From: Anolis carolinensis
Taxonomy: Eukaryota
NCBI RefSeq assembly: GCF_035594765.1
Contig: NC_085846.1
Location: 10,899,190-10,963,189 of the forward strand
Direction of reading: 5' to 3'
Length of the DNA stretch: 64,000 nucleotides
The position numbers and the translations under genes are program-made. The stretch's first letter is position 1; each line of letters opens with the position of its first letter. Below the pieces are notes generated by a model. The model searched no databases, was not told the DNA's origin, and worked only from the letters and a program-made list of their open reading frames with translations. Below are positions 36,926 through 49,887 of the stretch, one piece after another.

Positions 36926-37927
36926 TCATTTGCAATATTTCTTGCAAAAGAGGTGTTGAGTAACTACCCTCTTCATGGCTGTTGTGATCTCCTTGTTCCT
37001 GAGGGTATAAATGATGGGATTCAGGAGGGGGAAAATGATGGTGTGGAAGACAGAGACCACCTTGTCAGGTGCATATTCATCAAAGGGCCGGGCATAGATG
37101 TAGATAGCAGGACCAAACATGAAAATGACAATGGTGATGTGGGAATAACAAGTGGAGAGTGCTTTGCTCGCTGAGTCACTGGCATTCTTCTTCAACATGG
37201 TGACCAAAAAGGCATAGGAGACCAAGAGGGCTATGAAGCAGACCACAGAGATGAGGCCGCTGCTAAAGATCATCACCATCTCCTCGGCAAAGGTGTTGGC
37301 ACAGGCGATCCTCAGCACTTGAGTGATATCACAGAAGTAGTTGTCCAGTTTGTTGGGTCCACAGAAAGGGAGGCGGAGAATCAGCACAACTTGGATGAAG
37401 GAGTGGACAAAGCCCCCAACCCAAGCTGCTATCACTAGTACAATGCAGAGGCGACGGCTCATCAAGTTGGTGTAATGTAGGGGCCGGCATATGGCAACGT
37501 AGCGGTCATAGGCCATGATGGTGAGCAGGAACATCTCAGAAGCCCCCACAAAATGGAGAAAAAAGAGCTGGGTGATGCATCCACCAAAAGAAATGACCTT
37601 ACGTTCTGCAAAGAAGTCAACCAACATCTTGGGAGCAGTGATGGAAGAATACCAGATGTCCAAGAAAGCCAAGTTGGCCAGTAAAAAATACATGGGTGAA
37701 CTAAGGTGAGGATCACCCCGGATGGCAACGATGATCAAAATGTTGCTTGGAAGGACAATGAGGTAGAAAGTGAGGAAGAGAGCAAAGAGGAAAAGCTGGG
37801 TTCCACGTCCATGGGACAACCCTGTCAAGATAAACTCAGTCACTCCAGTGATGTTCCTCACCCCTTCAGAATGGTTCGGTGGTGAGTCTACTAATGTAAC
37901 TTCAGCCGCTCCAGTGACACTATCCAT
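36926..37927 (-). CDS. Olfactory receptor OR4M1-like, intact, 333 aa
   Basis: LDIWYSSITAPKML, YFCDITQV.RIACANTF, STCYSHITIV and IYIYARPFD match recalled mammalian OR4M1. Acceptor AG at 37957-37958. Confidence 0.95.
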   Translation of the reverse strand: MDSVTGAAEVTLVDSPPNHSEGVRNITGVTEFILTGLSHGRGTQLFLFALFLTFYLIVLPSNILIIVAIRGDPHLSSPMYFLLANLAFLDIWYSSITAPKMLVDFFAERKVISFGGCITQLFFLHFVGASEMFLLTIMAYDRYVAICRPLHYTNLMSRRLCIVLVIAAWVGGFVHSFIQVVLILRLPFCGPNKLDNYFCDITQVLRIACANTFAEEMVMIFSSGLISVVCFIALLVSYAFLVTMLKKNASDSASKALSTCYSHITIVIFMFGPAIYIYARPFDEYAPDKVVSVFHTIIFPLLNPIIYTLRNKEITTAMKRVVTQHLFCKKYCK

Positions 37928-38442
37928 CTTTTGGATGAGATTTAAGGGAGTTCGACCTAAATATTAAAAGGGGAAAAGGAGAGAGAGAGAAGGAATAGCA
38001 TGGGGAAGAAGAAAGAAGAGTCACCACTGTCACTTGATTTATAGTGGAGTCAGGGATGAACACAAATTGGACTAAGCTGATGTATTCATTTGTTCATATA
38101 TTTTCATATATTCCAGACAAGCAAAAGAACAAATAGTACCAGGAGGAAGCAGAGGATGGAGATAATGCAAAACAAAATAAGAGGACAAACCTTCAACCTG
38201 AATTTGCTTTCTAGTATAATTCTTTACATCTAAACAATCTTCAGTCATCGTGTTTTTGGACACTATTGCCCAAAATCACATGAAATCTTATTCATTCAAT
38301 GAGCCTACTGTAGATAGGGCTACCTACAGGTTTAGCCCTATGTTTAGTTTAGATAAAGCTGCTATTCTGACTTGCTCCCAAGATGGATCTACACTGCTAA
38401 ATAATGCAGTTTGAACTGACCATATAATACAATTCAAACTTT

Positions 38443-39082
38443 GTTGTCAAAGGCTTTCATGGCTGGAATCACTGGGCTGCTGTGAGTTTTCCGGGCTGTT
38501 TAGTCATGTTCCAAAAGCATTCTCTCCTGATGTTTTGCCCACAGCTATGGCAGACATACTCAGAGGTTGTGAGGTATGTTGGAAACTAGTCAAGTGGGAG
38601 AAAGAACTCTTGTCTGTTTCAGGCAAGTATGAATGTTGCAATTAGCCACCTTGATTAGCATTGATTAACAGAAAGGAGGAAACCATGAAAATGAACAGAA
38701 TCTGGATAACAGTATTTTAAAAAATCAAGAATCAGGACAGTAAATAAAGAACAACACTAAGAAACAGGGGAGCCAGACAGCCAATAACTAAATGTCAGCT
38801 AACACCTCCCAAATAAAGGATGCCCCCAGGCACAACAGCCAGGCTTTGAGCTGCAAGGCTATTCAATGCTAATCAAGGTGATCAATTGCAACATTCACAC
38901 TTGCCTCAAACAAACAAGAGTTCTTTCACCCTGAACATTCCACAGACATATAAACCCCACTTGCCTAGTTTCCAATATACCTCACAATCTCTGAGGATGC
39001 CTGCCATAGATGTAGGTGAAACGTCAGGAGAGAATGCTTCTGGAACATGGCCATACAGCCCAGAAAACTCATAACAATCTGG
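38443..39082. mobile_element. Penelope fragment with inverted halves
   Basis: 10-bp TSD ttcaaacttt. Hammerhead motifs at 38526-38566 (-, decayed) and 38988-39028 (+, intact core GAAACGUC). Confidence 0.8.
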
Positions 39083-39763
39083 TTCAAACTTTATTGTTTG
39101 GTTATGTAGATGCAGCCTCTTATCCAAAATTTAATTTCTTGTTCTTGCCTGTCTTCCTTTATTGGGTGCAGTCAATTCCCATGTAAATAAATTTAGGAGC
39201 ACAACAAACAAACAAACAAACATACCAAAACCCAACTAGGTTTCAGATGCAATTGTATGTTATTCCCCTAAGCCTTGCCACAGTATTAGGAAAGTAAGAT
39301 GGTGGTAGCAGTATTGTAAAGGCACATCTAGAGATGGCAAAGAGGCCACCACTTTCATTTCTGCCTTTCATTGAGCCACTGAAGCCATGTCAGCTTTACA
39401 AAAGAGTAACAAAACCTACCCTAACACCTACCAGGAGGGGAAGTCACGTCTTTCCAGCACCACAGAAGTTGTCCTCTCTGGTAGATCAACATCTTCTCAG
39501 CAACATATGGTTTCCTCTACAGTAGCTAAATGGGCTTACAAGTTCCTGAATCAAGCGAGTTCCCAAGAGAGCAACAGAGGCAACCAAGTACTGAGCGTGT
39601 TTCAAGGGGCATCATTAAAAGTAAAACTACAGTTTTTCCCAATGGAGGATGCAAAGGAAAATCTCCCAGCTGAAATGAACATTACAGTGGGAGATGGAGA
39701 AGGCAGGAGGCCTACAACAAGGATGAGCCTAGTGATGTGTATTACCAGTGTGTATATCCAATT

Positions 39764-39924
39764 TAACGGCGCTCCATGCAGTCATGCCAGCCACATGACC
39801 TTGGACAATGGACAATGGTCTATGGACAATGCCGGCTCTTCGGCTTAGAAATGGAGATGAGTACCAACCCCCAGAGTCGGTCACGACTGGACTTAATGTC
39901 AGGGGAAACGTTTACCTTTACCTT
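39764..39924 (+). mobile_element. 5'-truncated Sauria SINE
   Basis: 3' half of the consensus with ACCTTT tail. Confidence 0.75.
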
Positions 39925-40383
39925 ATATCCAATTTACTATATGGCTTGTTCGACAGGTTGGTCATTATAATTGGAATGCCAACAGAGACGTATGAATGAA
40001 AGCCAGCATGGTGTAGTGGTTTGAATGTTGGACACGGAAGCTGGGATATCAGAGTTTGAATCCCTACTCAGACACATATACCATCTTGGACAAGTCACAA
40101 TATATCTGCACAGATCACACCAAGGAAACCCCTTGATAGTTTCACCTTTGTAAGGAATAGCTTGAAGGTCATAAGTCAGGAATGGCTTGAAGGTTCTCAG
40201 TGAGTGAATGCTGTTCAAATACATGTATCTGTTCACCAAAGAACACAAGAGTGTGTCTGCTTAAACCACAATGAGAAGTCCTGAGCAGACTGAGAAGATG
40301 GAAATCTACTTGCTGGTCCTATCAGTGGATGAGCAGAAGTGACCTTTTGAGGAGAATCTTAGACCCACAAAGGAATTATTTCA

Positions 40384-40384
40384 T

Positions 40385-40435
<51 letters not shown>

Positions 40436-40645
40436 CAGCATTTATATTCCACCCTTCTCACCCTGAAGGGGACTCATGGCGGATCACATTGCACACATAA
40501 AGGCAAACATTCAATGCCATGACATAGAACAGAGACAGAGACAAGACGCAGGCACCGGGCTGGCCTCGAACTCATGACCTCTTGGTCAGAGTGATTTGTT
40601 GATTTGTTGCAGCTGGCTTGCTTTCCAGCCTGCGCCACAGCCCGG
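40384..40645 (-). mobile_element. SINE with L2-type tail
   Basis: Reverse complement of the 16475 family; (TTTA)n at 40384-40433. Confidence 0.75.
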
Positions 40646-41731
40646 TCCTGTATTGTTATATAGTGGCCTGCCACAAAGGAGCACCATTTTATCATGAACT
40701 TTGGGGAGGCTATGGGTGGGATTTTTGGTGTGTGTATTTAAAAGACATTTTGATTGTATTTATTATGTTTTAACTGTATATCTATTATCTAACAGACACA
40801 CAGTACTCTTTATTTTTAATGTTTGTATTTGCCATGTTTTAAATTGATCAAACTGTGTGTTTGCTGCCTTGAGTTCCCCCAGGGAGAAAAGCGGGAGAGT
40901 GATGTCAACAATTTTCTGCTAGTTGCAGATTTGCAGGTGGATACTACCTGGAAACCACTTGCCTTCTTCTGATCATGGAATTGTCACAGCAGCATTCCCC
41001 CCATTCTTGGAAACTGCATGTTGTCGTTGTCATCTTCATCATCAAATAGCATGACCATGTTTGAAGGCAGTAACAAGTTTTATTTATCTGGCCAGATGGA
41101 TGTCAGAACAGCGTAACTGCTTCAAAGAATCGACATAACATACAATATAGTGCAAAGCATTTAATCCCCTTTGACAGCCATTCAGAAGACCCTATTCTCC
41201 TCCCCACCGCCCCAAATTAGCTCAGGAATGGTTGAGCCAGGGTCCAAGCTATTATCCCAGGAGAAAAAGGGCAAGGCTTGGGAAATGGTCTGAAATAGTC
41301 CAGGATGGGATTATGGGGGTTACAATAGATGTCATCCCAGAGACTAAAGACAACACTTGTGCAAATATACACAAATGAACAAGAAACATATGACACAATA
41401 CAGATTTCATTGAGGCACAGACTGGCTTCCTGGATATTCAACCCCACCCTGCAACATTTTCACAAGATCATATGTTATATCAAGTTTCCCTGGGTGCTCG
41501 GGAATATGTCTATGGTTGCACCCCGGTTTTTGTGATACATATGTGAGTCTTCTTCCCCTTTGAGTCAGCATAAACCTGACTCAAGACATAGGAGAAGCTC
41601 TAAAATGTTTTGTCAAGGCAAGCCTCAATATGGGGTGTGGGGTCAATGTCTTCTTTGGATGGACATTGGCTCTGGCCAGAGGGAAGTTTCCTGCCAAACC
41701 AGTTTTGGGCTTGGTAAATGATTAGATTAGA

Positions 41732-42062
41732 GGGGGCCCTGGTGGCACAGTGTGTTAAAGTGCTGAGCTGCTGAACTTGTGGACCAAAAGGTCCCAGGTT
41801 CAAATCCTGGGAGCGGAATGAGCACCCGCTGTTAGCCCCAGCTCCTGCCAACCTAGCAGTTCGACAACATGTAAATGTGAGTAGATCAATAGGTACAGCT
41901 CCGGCGGGAAGGTAACGGCGCTCCATGCAGTCATGCCGGCCACATGACCTTGGAGGTGTCTACAGACAACGCCGGCTCTTCGGCCTAGAAATGGAGATGA
42001 GCACCAACCCCCAGAGTCGGTTACGAATGGACTTAACATCAGGGGATACCTTTACCTTTATC
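41732..42062 (+). mobile_element. Sauria SINE
   Basis: 15-bp TSD taaatgattagatta. Confidence 0.9.
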
Positions 42063-42738
42063 TAAATGATTAGATTAATCCTCCCAGGAATGTTTGGAGC
42101 TGGGCAGGGGCTTGTAACCCAGCGAAGATCTGTAAAAATATATCACAAATTTATAGTTATTATTTGCAGAGGGGAGATTGGGTTTTTTTTTATAACACTC
42201 AAGGTAGATGATACCAAGGAGGAATATCCAGGTAGGCCTCCAGGCAGCAATAGGAAGGATCCCTACCTGAGATACTGCAGAATCAGCAGTATTGAGCTAG
42301 GCAGTCCAACGTACCTCACTATAAAGCAACATCTTGCTATCTTAGCTTCCTAATAAAAACAATGCAGACAAAAAGCAGTGAAAGACACATAAAAATCCTA
42401 TTGGCAGTCTTCATTATATTAGATATATGGAACCAATTTATTTTATGTAGGTGTTGACACACCATTCAATACTTGAATCCATGGATTTACTATATTTGGC
42501 ACTAAGCAAGGCAATTCAGGCTATAATAAACACTTGCTCATCCTTCCAAAACATGTACAAATGTATACATTTCTAATAGTGCCTGAAAGATAAAGGTATG
42601 AGGTACAATTGAAAGGAAGGAAAGAGGGGAGGAAGAAGAAAAGAAGTTGACCATCATTTCCTCTATTTATTATGGGCACATCTAGTGTATTCTTGAAGAA
42701 GAAATCAGAATCACAATAACCAGAAATCTTGTCCATTG

Positions 42739-43596
42739 TTAGAGTGGTTTCCTTTGCATGAACTTAGACAAGGCTATTGTGAAATCTTTGTTCCTCAGAG
42801 TGTAAATGAAAGGGTTGAGGACAGGAGAGATGACCGTGTAGAGAACGGACACAGCTTTGTCTGTGGGAAAGGTGTGCAAAGGATGGAGGTAAATATAGAT
42901 GCAAGGTCCAAAAATTAAACACAGAAATGTGAAACACACAAGTTGAAATAGCTTTGTTCTGCTTTTGTGCAGACTCTGCTCTGAATTTGGCCAAGAGGAT
43001 GGAGTAGGATGCAAGCAGCACAACAAAGCACATCAAGGTCACTAGGCCATTGATAGACACCATGAGCAGCTCCACTACAAAAGTGTTAGTGCAAGCAAGT
43101 TGGGCCACTTGGGGAACATCACAATAAAAATTATCCATTTGGTTGGGTCCACAGAAGGGCAACTGAACAATGATACCCAACTGCACAATAGAGTGGACAA
43201 AGCCACCGATCCAAGAAGAACACAACAGCCCAACACATACAGTTCTGTTCATTATGATCATATGGCACAACGGATAGAAGATGGCAACTTAGCAATCATA
43301 AGCCATAATGATGAGAAGAAAAATCCTGATGCTACCAATGAAGTGGAAGAAGAAAATCTGAGAAAGGCAGCCTCCATACGTGATAGTGTTGGTTCTCATA
43401 AGGAAGCCAACTAACATACATGGGAGTGTGGAGGAGACGGTCATGAGCCACAACGCCCACAATCAGGAGGTTGCCAAGTACGGTTACACCATAGACTCCA
43501 AAAATGATTTCAAAAAAGAAGAACTTCAGTTCTTGATTAATGGCCAACCCCCCAAAAGAAGAACACATTCACTGTAGAGTTGGTTTTCTCTTCCAT
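42739..43596 (-). pseudogene. Olfactory receptor family 4 pseudogene
   Basis: Starts MEEKTNSTV. OR motifs (LHTPMY, LPFCGPNQMDNFYCDVPQV, KAISTC, PVLNPFIYTLRN) are spread over several frames, and TM2 is deleted after PMY. Confidence 0.9.
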
Positions 43597-43741
43597 ATGG
43601 ACAATTCAGGCCGCACTGGAAGATGCTGCAAGAATACAAATCAAATAAAAGACATGGTAGACATTGAAGACAAAGACCTGAATCCTAATGGTCAGCCTAA
43701 ATAAACACCTACTTAATGAATAGGATTTATCTTAAAGCAGT

Positions 43742-44000
43742 GAGCCACGGTGGCGCAATGGGTTAAACCCTTGTGACCTGCTGACCTGAAGGTTGGGTTG
43801 CTGACCTGAAGATTGATTATTCAAATTTGCAAGACAGGGTGAGCTTCCGTCTGTCAGCTCTAGCTTTCAGGGACACAAGAGAAGCCTCCCAGTAACATAT
43901 CCGGGCATCCCCTGGGCAATGTTTTGGTAGATGGCCAATTCTCTCATACCAGAAGTGGCTTGTAGTATGTTCTCCAGTCGCTTCTGACATGATAAAAAAA
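43742..44000 (+). mobile_element. tRNA-derived SINE with A tail, inserted at the left end of a hAT MITE
   Basis: TSD tcttaaagcag on both sides. Confidence 0.8.
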
Positions 44001-44008
44001 TCTTAAAG

Positions 44009-44143
44009 CAGCAGTTCCCAACCTTTGCTCCTCCAGGTGTTTTGGACTTCAGCTCCCACAATTCCTAACAGCTGGTAAGCTGGCTGGGATTTCTGGGAGT
44101 TGAAGTCCAAAACACCTGGAGAACCAAAGGTTGGGAACCACTG
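44009..44143. mobile_element. URR1-like hAT MITE
   Basis: Palindromic; TSD t(c/t)ttaaag. Confidence 0.8.
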
Positions 44144-45300
44144 TTTTAAAGGCACCATATGCCATCTTATCTTGAAAACTAAGAAGGGTCATCCCCAGTG
44201 AGTACTTGGATGGGAAATCACCATCAAAAACCAGATTCTGTAGGTTATATTTCAGAATAAGGTACTGGCAAAACCATCTCAAATTATTCCTTCCCTAAGA
44301 AAAACCTGTGAGATTCATGATGTTGCTATAAGTTGATAGGCACACATAAGTGCTACTATGTGTTCACTCCCCATTCAATGATGAATTCCATGGACCTATT
44401 CTAGTTGGGATTGACCAACAGAATTCAGGCCAAAGGCATTTCCATACCCAGTCTGTTTACCCTCCCTTGATTATAACTTTGTAGAATAGATGAAGGTCAC
44501 CTAAATTCACTTTGTGGATTGGGTGCTCTTTTCAAATAAGTATTAGAACTAGGATCTGGAAATAAGTTAGCAAATAAAACTGCACGTTAATATTGTCTTA
44601 CTACCTGTTCCATCAATTATCTATTGTATTGCCTGTTGCTTCTTGGTGTTTTTTTAAAATTCTGTGGGTTTTTGAATAAAAGAAAAATATATCTCAAGAT
44701 CACCGATGCCTCAAAGTTTTCCTGTTCTTTTCTCGTTCATGCCTCTGTCTCTGGTTTTAATTCAGCACCTTGGACAGTTCCCTTTGATGAAAACCTGGAG
44801 GAGATTTACAGCTCCATTAATCTGAGAGCCACCCATCACAAGTGTTTAGGATTCATCAGGGAACAGCATTGGACTTTTAAATCTCAGTGAGCCTAAAAAT
44901 GCCCTTTCAAAGTAAGTTTTAACAGTAACTAGAAAACATTACTCACAGCACCCAGTGGGCTGACTTTGCTCCCACTCATTCCATTAGTTCTGACATATGA
45001 TTTAATTACACCCTTCGGACTAACAAAGGCAGCTTGTTACATTTTCCTTGCCTTAGAAGTGATGCCATAGCCACTTTGTTTGCCACAGATTGGTGATGAC
45101 TTGATAGAACTGGGGGTGTTTTCATATAAAATACTTTATAACATCATGGGTTGTGTGAAGCTTATGGGATTCTCAGTTACCCATCAGTATTTGAGAAAGT
45201 TTGGAAAATTCTAGACTTAAATAGTTGTAAAAAAAAATTCCACATTACTTGTTGAAAAAAGGGGTTTTTTTGTTGTGCTCGCTGCGGTGATTTAAAAGTA

Positions 45301-45606
45301 CAGTAGAGTCTCACTTATCCAAGCTAAACGGGCCGGCAGAAGCTTGGATAAGTGAATATCTTGAATAATAAGGAGGGATTAAGGAAAAGCCTATTAAACA
45401 TCAAATTAGGTTATGATTTTACAAATTAAGCACCAAAACATCATGTTTTACAACAAATTTGACAGAAAAAGCAGTTCAATACACAGTAATGTTATGTTGT
45501 AATTACTGAATTTACGAATTTAGCACCAAAATATCACGATATATTGAAAACATTGACTACAAAAATGGCTTGGATAAGTGAGGCTTGGATAAGTGAGACT
45601 CTACTG
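45301..45606. mobile_element. Tigger/pogo-like MITE
   Basis: TIR CAGTAGAGTCTCACTTATCCAAGC; TA flanks. Confidence 0.9.
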
Positions 45607-45712
45607 TACTTGTAGTTACATGTTTTGTACTTCTCATTACTACTTGTTCTTGTTTTTTGCCTTTTTAAATTAAAATTTTTAATAGAAGAAAACATAAATA
45701 AAGAAAAGAACA

Positions 45713-45835
45713 ATGGGTTGCTGTGAGTTTTCTGGGCTGTGTGGCCATGTTCCAGCAGCATTCCCTCCTGATGTTTTGCCCACATCTATGGCAGGCATCC
45801 TCAGAGGTAGGTCTGTTAGAAACTAGGCAAGTGGG
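45713..45835 (-). mobile_element. Penelope fragment
   Basis: Decayed hammerhead motif at 45767-45807. Confidence 0.75.
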
Positions 45836-46524
45836 AAGGAAGGGGCCTGAGGCTTTATAGGAATGGTGGGAGTTGAAGTCCAAAACACCCAGAGGGAAGC
45901 TCCAAGTTCGCCCATGCCTGATCTAGATGGACATTTTTTGTTGCTCAGGAGTGAGAACAGACCCAACCCCATCTCTTGGGGACACCTCATGAGCCAAACA
46001 ACCTGCTCCTAAACTGCCAAACTTTAATGTCACACCATACTGCATTAAACCTAGGAGGGAATACATCTTTCAGTGAATCTCTGAAGGGCTCTGTTGTATA
46101 AAACAGACTTCAAAATCCCATTAGATGTTAATTGCCCCTTTGGGAGTAAGCAACAAGCAGTACACTCCAGAGTGCTGTCTCCATCCTTTATCAACCTTAT
46201 GATCCTAAACTTTAAAAGGCACAATCTGATCCAGGAGGATTATATACAAGAGGCTCTTTTCAATTTACTTCTACATGATCTGGAAAGAAATATGAAGGAA
46301 TGGACACACTATCATATTCTCAGTGTTCATGCTTGTTAGGATGAACCCTTCCCTAACAAGTAGCCTCACTGTTTTCCATTTTTCACCAAGGAACATTTGA
46401 CTACAATCTTTTTCTCTCTACCTCATCGTATTTCGTTGGATGTGTAGCCCATCCAAGTAGGTTACTTCTGAAAGAGCAGGCTTTTAGTAAGTAGGTTTAT
46501 CTCATGCTACTTTGAGAGCTAGTG

Positions 46525-46712
46525 TTTAAGACATGCTTGAGATTTCTTTCAATTGTTATGACAGCACCTCTGGTAGTTAGTTATGTCAATGGATATTGAT
46601 GATTTTGTGTCCTATGCTTATTTAAGATATGCTTGAGTTGTCTTTCAGTTGTTATGACAGCAGCTCTGGTAGTTTAGTCAATGGATATCGATGATTTCTG
46701 TGTCCTACGCCT
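46525..46712. repeat. Two-copy tandem duplication, about 95-bp unit
   Basis: tttaaga(c/t)atgcttgag...tgtgtccta(t/c)gc at 46525 and 46621. Confidence 0.85.
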
Positions 46713-46992
46713 GCCTGGAAAGAAGGAAGCCCCAAGCACATTGTTTGGTCTTCCTTTGATTTAAGCTGACATATTTCTTCACACAAAACCAAGTTAATGT
46801 GTGGAATTCACTATCATAAGAGGTAGTTATGGCTTACATGGGCATAAAAGTAAACTGGATACGTTCATGGAAAATAGAGCTACAAATGACTTTGAATCAG
46901 GATGGTGATGCATTGCTTCTGGTATGAGCTTGAAATTTGAATGTAGCCACAGGAGGTTATGGTGACTTATTTTGCCATTTTTACGACTCTAG

Positions 46993-47126
46993 CAGTGGTT
47001 CTCAACCTGTGGGTCCCCAGATGTTTGGGCTTCAACTCACAGAAATCCTAACAGCTGGTAAACTGGCTGGGATTTCTGAGAGTTGTAGGCCAAAACACCT
47101 GGGGACCCACAGGTTGAGAACCACTG
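46993..47126. mobile_element. URR1-like hAT MITE
   Basis: TIR CAGTGGTTCTCAACCTGTGGGTCCCCAG. Confidence 0.85.
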
Positions 47127-47359
47127 GGCTACAGGATTTTATCAGTCATTTGAGGGAAAAGCTCAGTAGTCCAACGAAAATATCACAGGCACATATTGCA
47201 TGTATTGTTGTTTCTATTGTATGAGCAATACACATGCCTATTTACATGATTTCTGAAAAGTAGCTGCTGTAAGGTTGTAATAGAGGCTTGCCCCTTCTAC
47301 ACTGCCAGATAATCCAGGTTATCAAAGCAGAAAATCCACAATATCTGATTTGATCTGGA

Positions 47360-47640
47360 TTTTTTTATCATGTCAGAAGCAACTTGAGAACATACTGCAA
47401 GTCGCTTCTGGTGTGAGAAAATTGGCCGTCTACAGAGATGTTGCCCAGGGACACTCGGATGTTTGATGTTTTGCCATCCCTGTGGGAGGCTTCTCTCATG
47501 TCCCTGCAAGCTAGAGCTGACAGATGGAAGCTCACCCCATCTCGCGGATTCAAACCAGCAACCTTCAGGTCAGCAACCCAACCTTCAGGTCAGCAGTCCA
47601 GCCGGCACAAGGGCTTAACCCATTGTGCCACAGCAGCTCA
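47360..47640 (-). mobile_element. tRNA-derived SINE with A tail, nested in a palindromic MITE (about 47288-47730)
   Basis: TSD atttga(t/a)ctgga. Confidence 0.8.
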
Positions 47641-48078
47641 TATTTGAACTGGATTATTTTTGTCTATACTGCTGTGTAATCTAGTTCGAACTAGATAATG
47701 TGGAATTTATACAGCTGTGTAGATGGGACCTAAGTGGTCTGATCTGAACCTATACCTCCTTGTTCCAGGGATAATACTTCCATCATTACACCAGAATGGC
47801 TCTTTCAGATCAGTACTACTGCTTACTATATAAATGGTACTAGAATGTCAACATGATGGTTGGAATACAACACAGAAAGTAAGATGCTTAATGGGCAGAA
47901 CATGCAAACTGGGCTACCTGGATTGGATTATAGCAATCCTACTTAGCTGCATGCCAATACCTGCATTTCCTGCTTGTATTCTCATGTAATTTTTACATTA
48001 CATATTGTTTATCTTAATATTGAGACAGAGAAATGATAACTGTTAACTTCATGTCTTCCCTTAGCATCAGTTCTGACC

Positions 48079-49017
48079 ATGAATGGAAGCACAGTTTCTG
48101 AGTTTATTTTGCTGGGCTTCCACTTCCCCTGCTCTGTTCAGACCTACCTCTCCACTCTAGTCCTGGCTTGCTATGCCGTCACTCTTCTGGGCAACTGCTT
48201 GATTTTGGCAACTGTTCTGTCTGAGCCTCATCTCCGAAACTCTCCCATGTATTTCTTCCTCGCCAATCTGAGCCTTACTGACATGACCTTTGCTTCGGTA
48301 GCAGCCCCCAAATTTGCAGCAGATCTGTTGAAGTGTGGCCATTCCATCTCCTATGCAGGCTGCATGGGGCAGTTGTTCTACCTCCACCTTTTTGGAGGAG
48401 CCGAGATGCTTCTCCTCTCCGTTATGGCCTACGACCGTTATGTGGCCATCTGCCACCCGCTGAGATACGGGGCCATCATGGACCGGCAGTATTGCTTCAA
48501 AATGCTTGCTGTCTGTTGGACAGGAGGCTTCCTTCACTCCACCATCCACGCAGCAGTGCTTGCCCACTTGCCCTTTTGTGGACCCAATGTCCTCGATAAC
48601 TTCTACTGTGAACTTCCAGAGGTGCTTAAGCTTGCTTGCATGGATATCTATGCTTCTGAGGTCATCACAATAGTGAACAGTGGCTTGATAACTCTACCGT
48701 GTTTTTTGACCCTGCTGATCTCTTATTCCATGATCCTGACCACTGTGTGTAGCCGTTTTGGGAAAGGTGGAGCGAAGGCTTTGTCCACTTGCGGTTCCCA
48801 CTTAATGGTGGTCAGCCTCTTCTATGTGCCCTGCATTATTGTGTATTTGAAACCTTTCTCCAACTCCCAGAAGAACAAAGTGGTTTCCACATTTTACATG
48901 CTTGCTACACCAGCCCTCAATCCTTTCATCTACACGCTGAGGAACCAAGAAATCAAAGAAGCCATGAGGAAGCTGAAACATAAATGTAAGCTCCTTTTGG
49001 TACCTCAAAGGGAATAG
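48079..49017 (+). CDS. Olfactory receptor family 4 (OR4Q3-like), intact, 312 aa
   Basis: SPMYFFLANLS, MAYDRYVAICHPLRY, KALSTCGSH and PALNPFIYTLRN motifs; acceptor cccttag 14 nt upstream. Confidence 0.95.
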   Translation: MNGSTVSEFILLGFHFPCSVQTYLSTLVLACYAVTLLGNCLILATVLSEPHLRNSPMYFFLANLSLTDMTFASVAAPKFAADLLKCGHSISYAGCMGQLFYLHLFGGAEMLLLSVMAYDRYVAICHPLRYGAIMDRQYCFKMLAVCWTGGFLHSTIHAAVLAHLPFCGPNVLDNFYCELPEVLKLACMDIYASEVITIVNSGLITLPCFLTLLISYSMILTTVCSRFGKGGAKALSTCGSHLMVVSLFYVPCIIVYLKPFSNSQKNKVVSTFYMLATPALNPFIYTLRNQEIKEAMRKLKHKCKLLLVPQRE

Positions 49018-49620
49018 CTTTGTGGGGATTAAAAGACATGTTCATCATAAAGATTGTTTTGAACTGATTTAGTACAAAGATTTATTACTTGAGCTGTCAG
49101 TGATATGCATTTTGAATATGCTTGGTGGTATAAGAGTGTATGGTTTTTAAAGATCCACCTTTTTCTTTCTACTTGGTTGGTAGACAAAACAATGGACAAT
49201 AGTGTTAGAGATCCCAATCATGTACTAGCTGTAAGTACTATCCAAAGAGGGAAAATTGACTCCAGGTGCAATTTCAGGTGCTGTGGAAACATCTTCACAT
49301 TCTTTGTCCTCACATCCAAGGATGAATATTCTCTGTAATATTCTCCTTGCCAAAGTAGATTTATGCACTATTCTTGAGTAATATTCTCATCTTACAGTTT
49401 TACAATATTTATTCGATTTTCTGTGAGAAACAGTCAGCTAATATTCAGCAACAACTAATTCGTTAAGCATACAAAACAGTTGCTTAGATTTATTGATTTA
49501 TCGCTGTTCCATGTTCATGATCGCTATCTTAATAACTACTCATGACCTATTTTACCATCCAACAGCTCTGTGATGAAAAGGATGCCCATCCGGCTGGCAT
49601 TTGGAGCATGGATGATTATG

Positions 49621-49825
49621 TGTTGTCGAAGGCTTTCATGGCTGTCACTGGCTTGCTCTAAGTTTTCTGGGCTATATGGCCATGCTCCAGAAGCATTCTC
49701 TCCTGACGTTTTGCCCACATCTATGGCAGGCAACCTCTGAGGATGCCTGCCATAGATGGGGATGAAATGTCAGGAGAGAATGCTTCTGAAGTGTGACCAC
49801 ACAGCCCTGAAAACTCGCAACAACC
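49621..49825. mobile_element. Fold-back Penelope fragment
   Basis: Two opposed halves join near 49731; TSD catggatga(a)ttatg. Confidence 0.8.
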
Positions 49826-49887
49826 CATGGATGAATTATGTTTTTGTTATATAGGGAAGAGGGACAAGACCAGGAAAGATTACTCAA

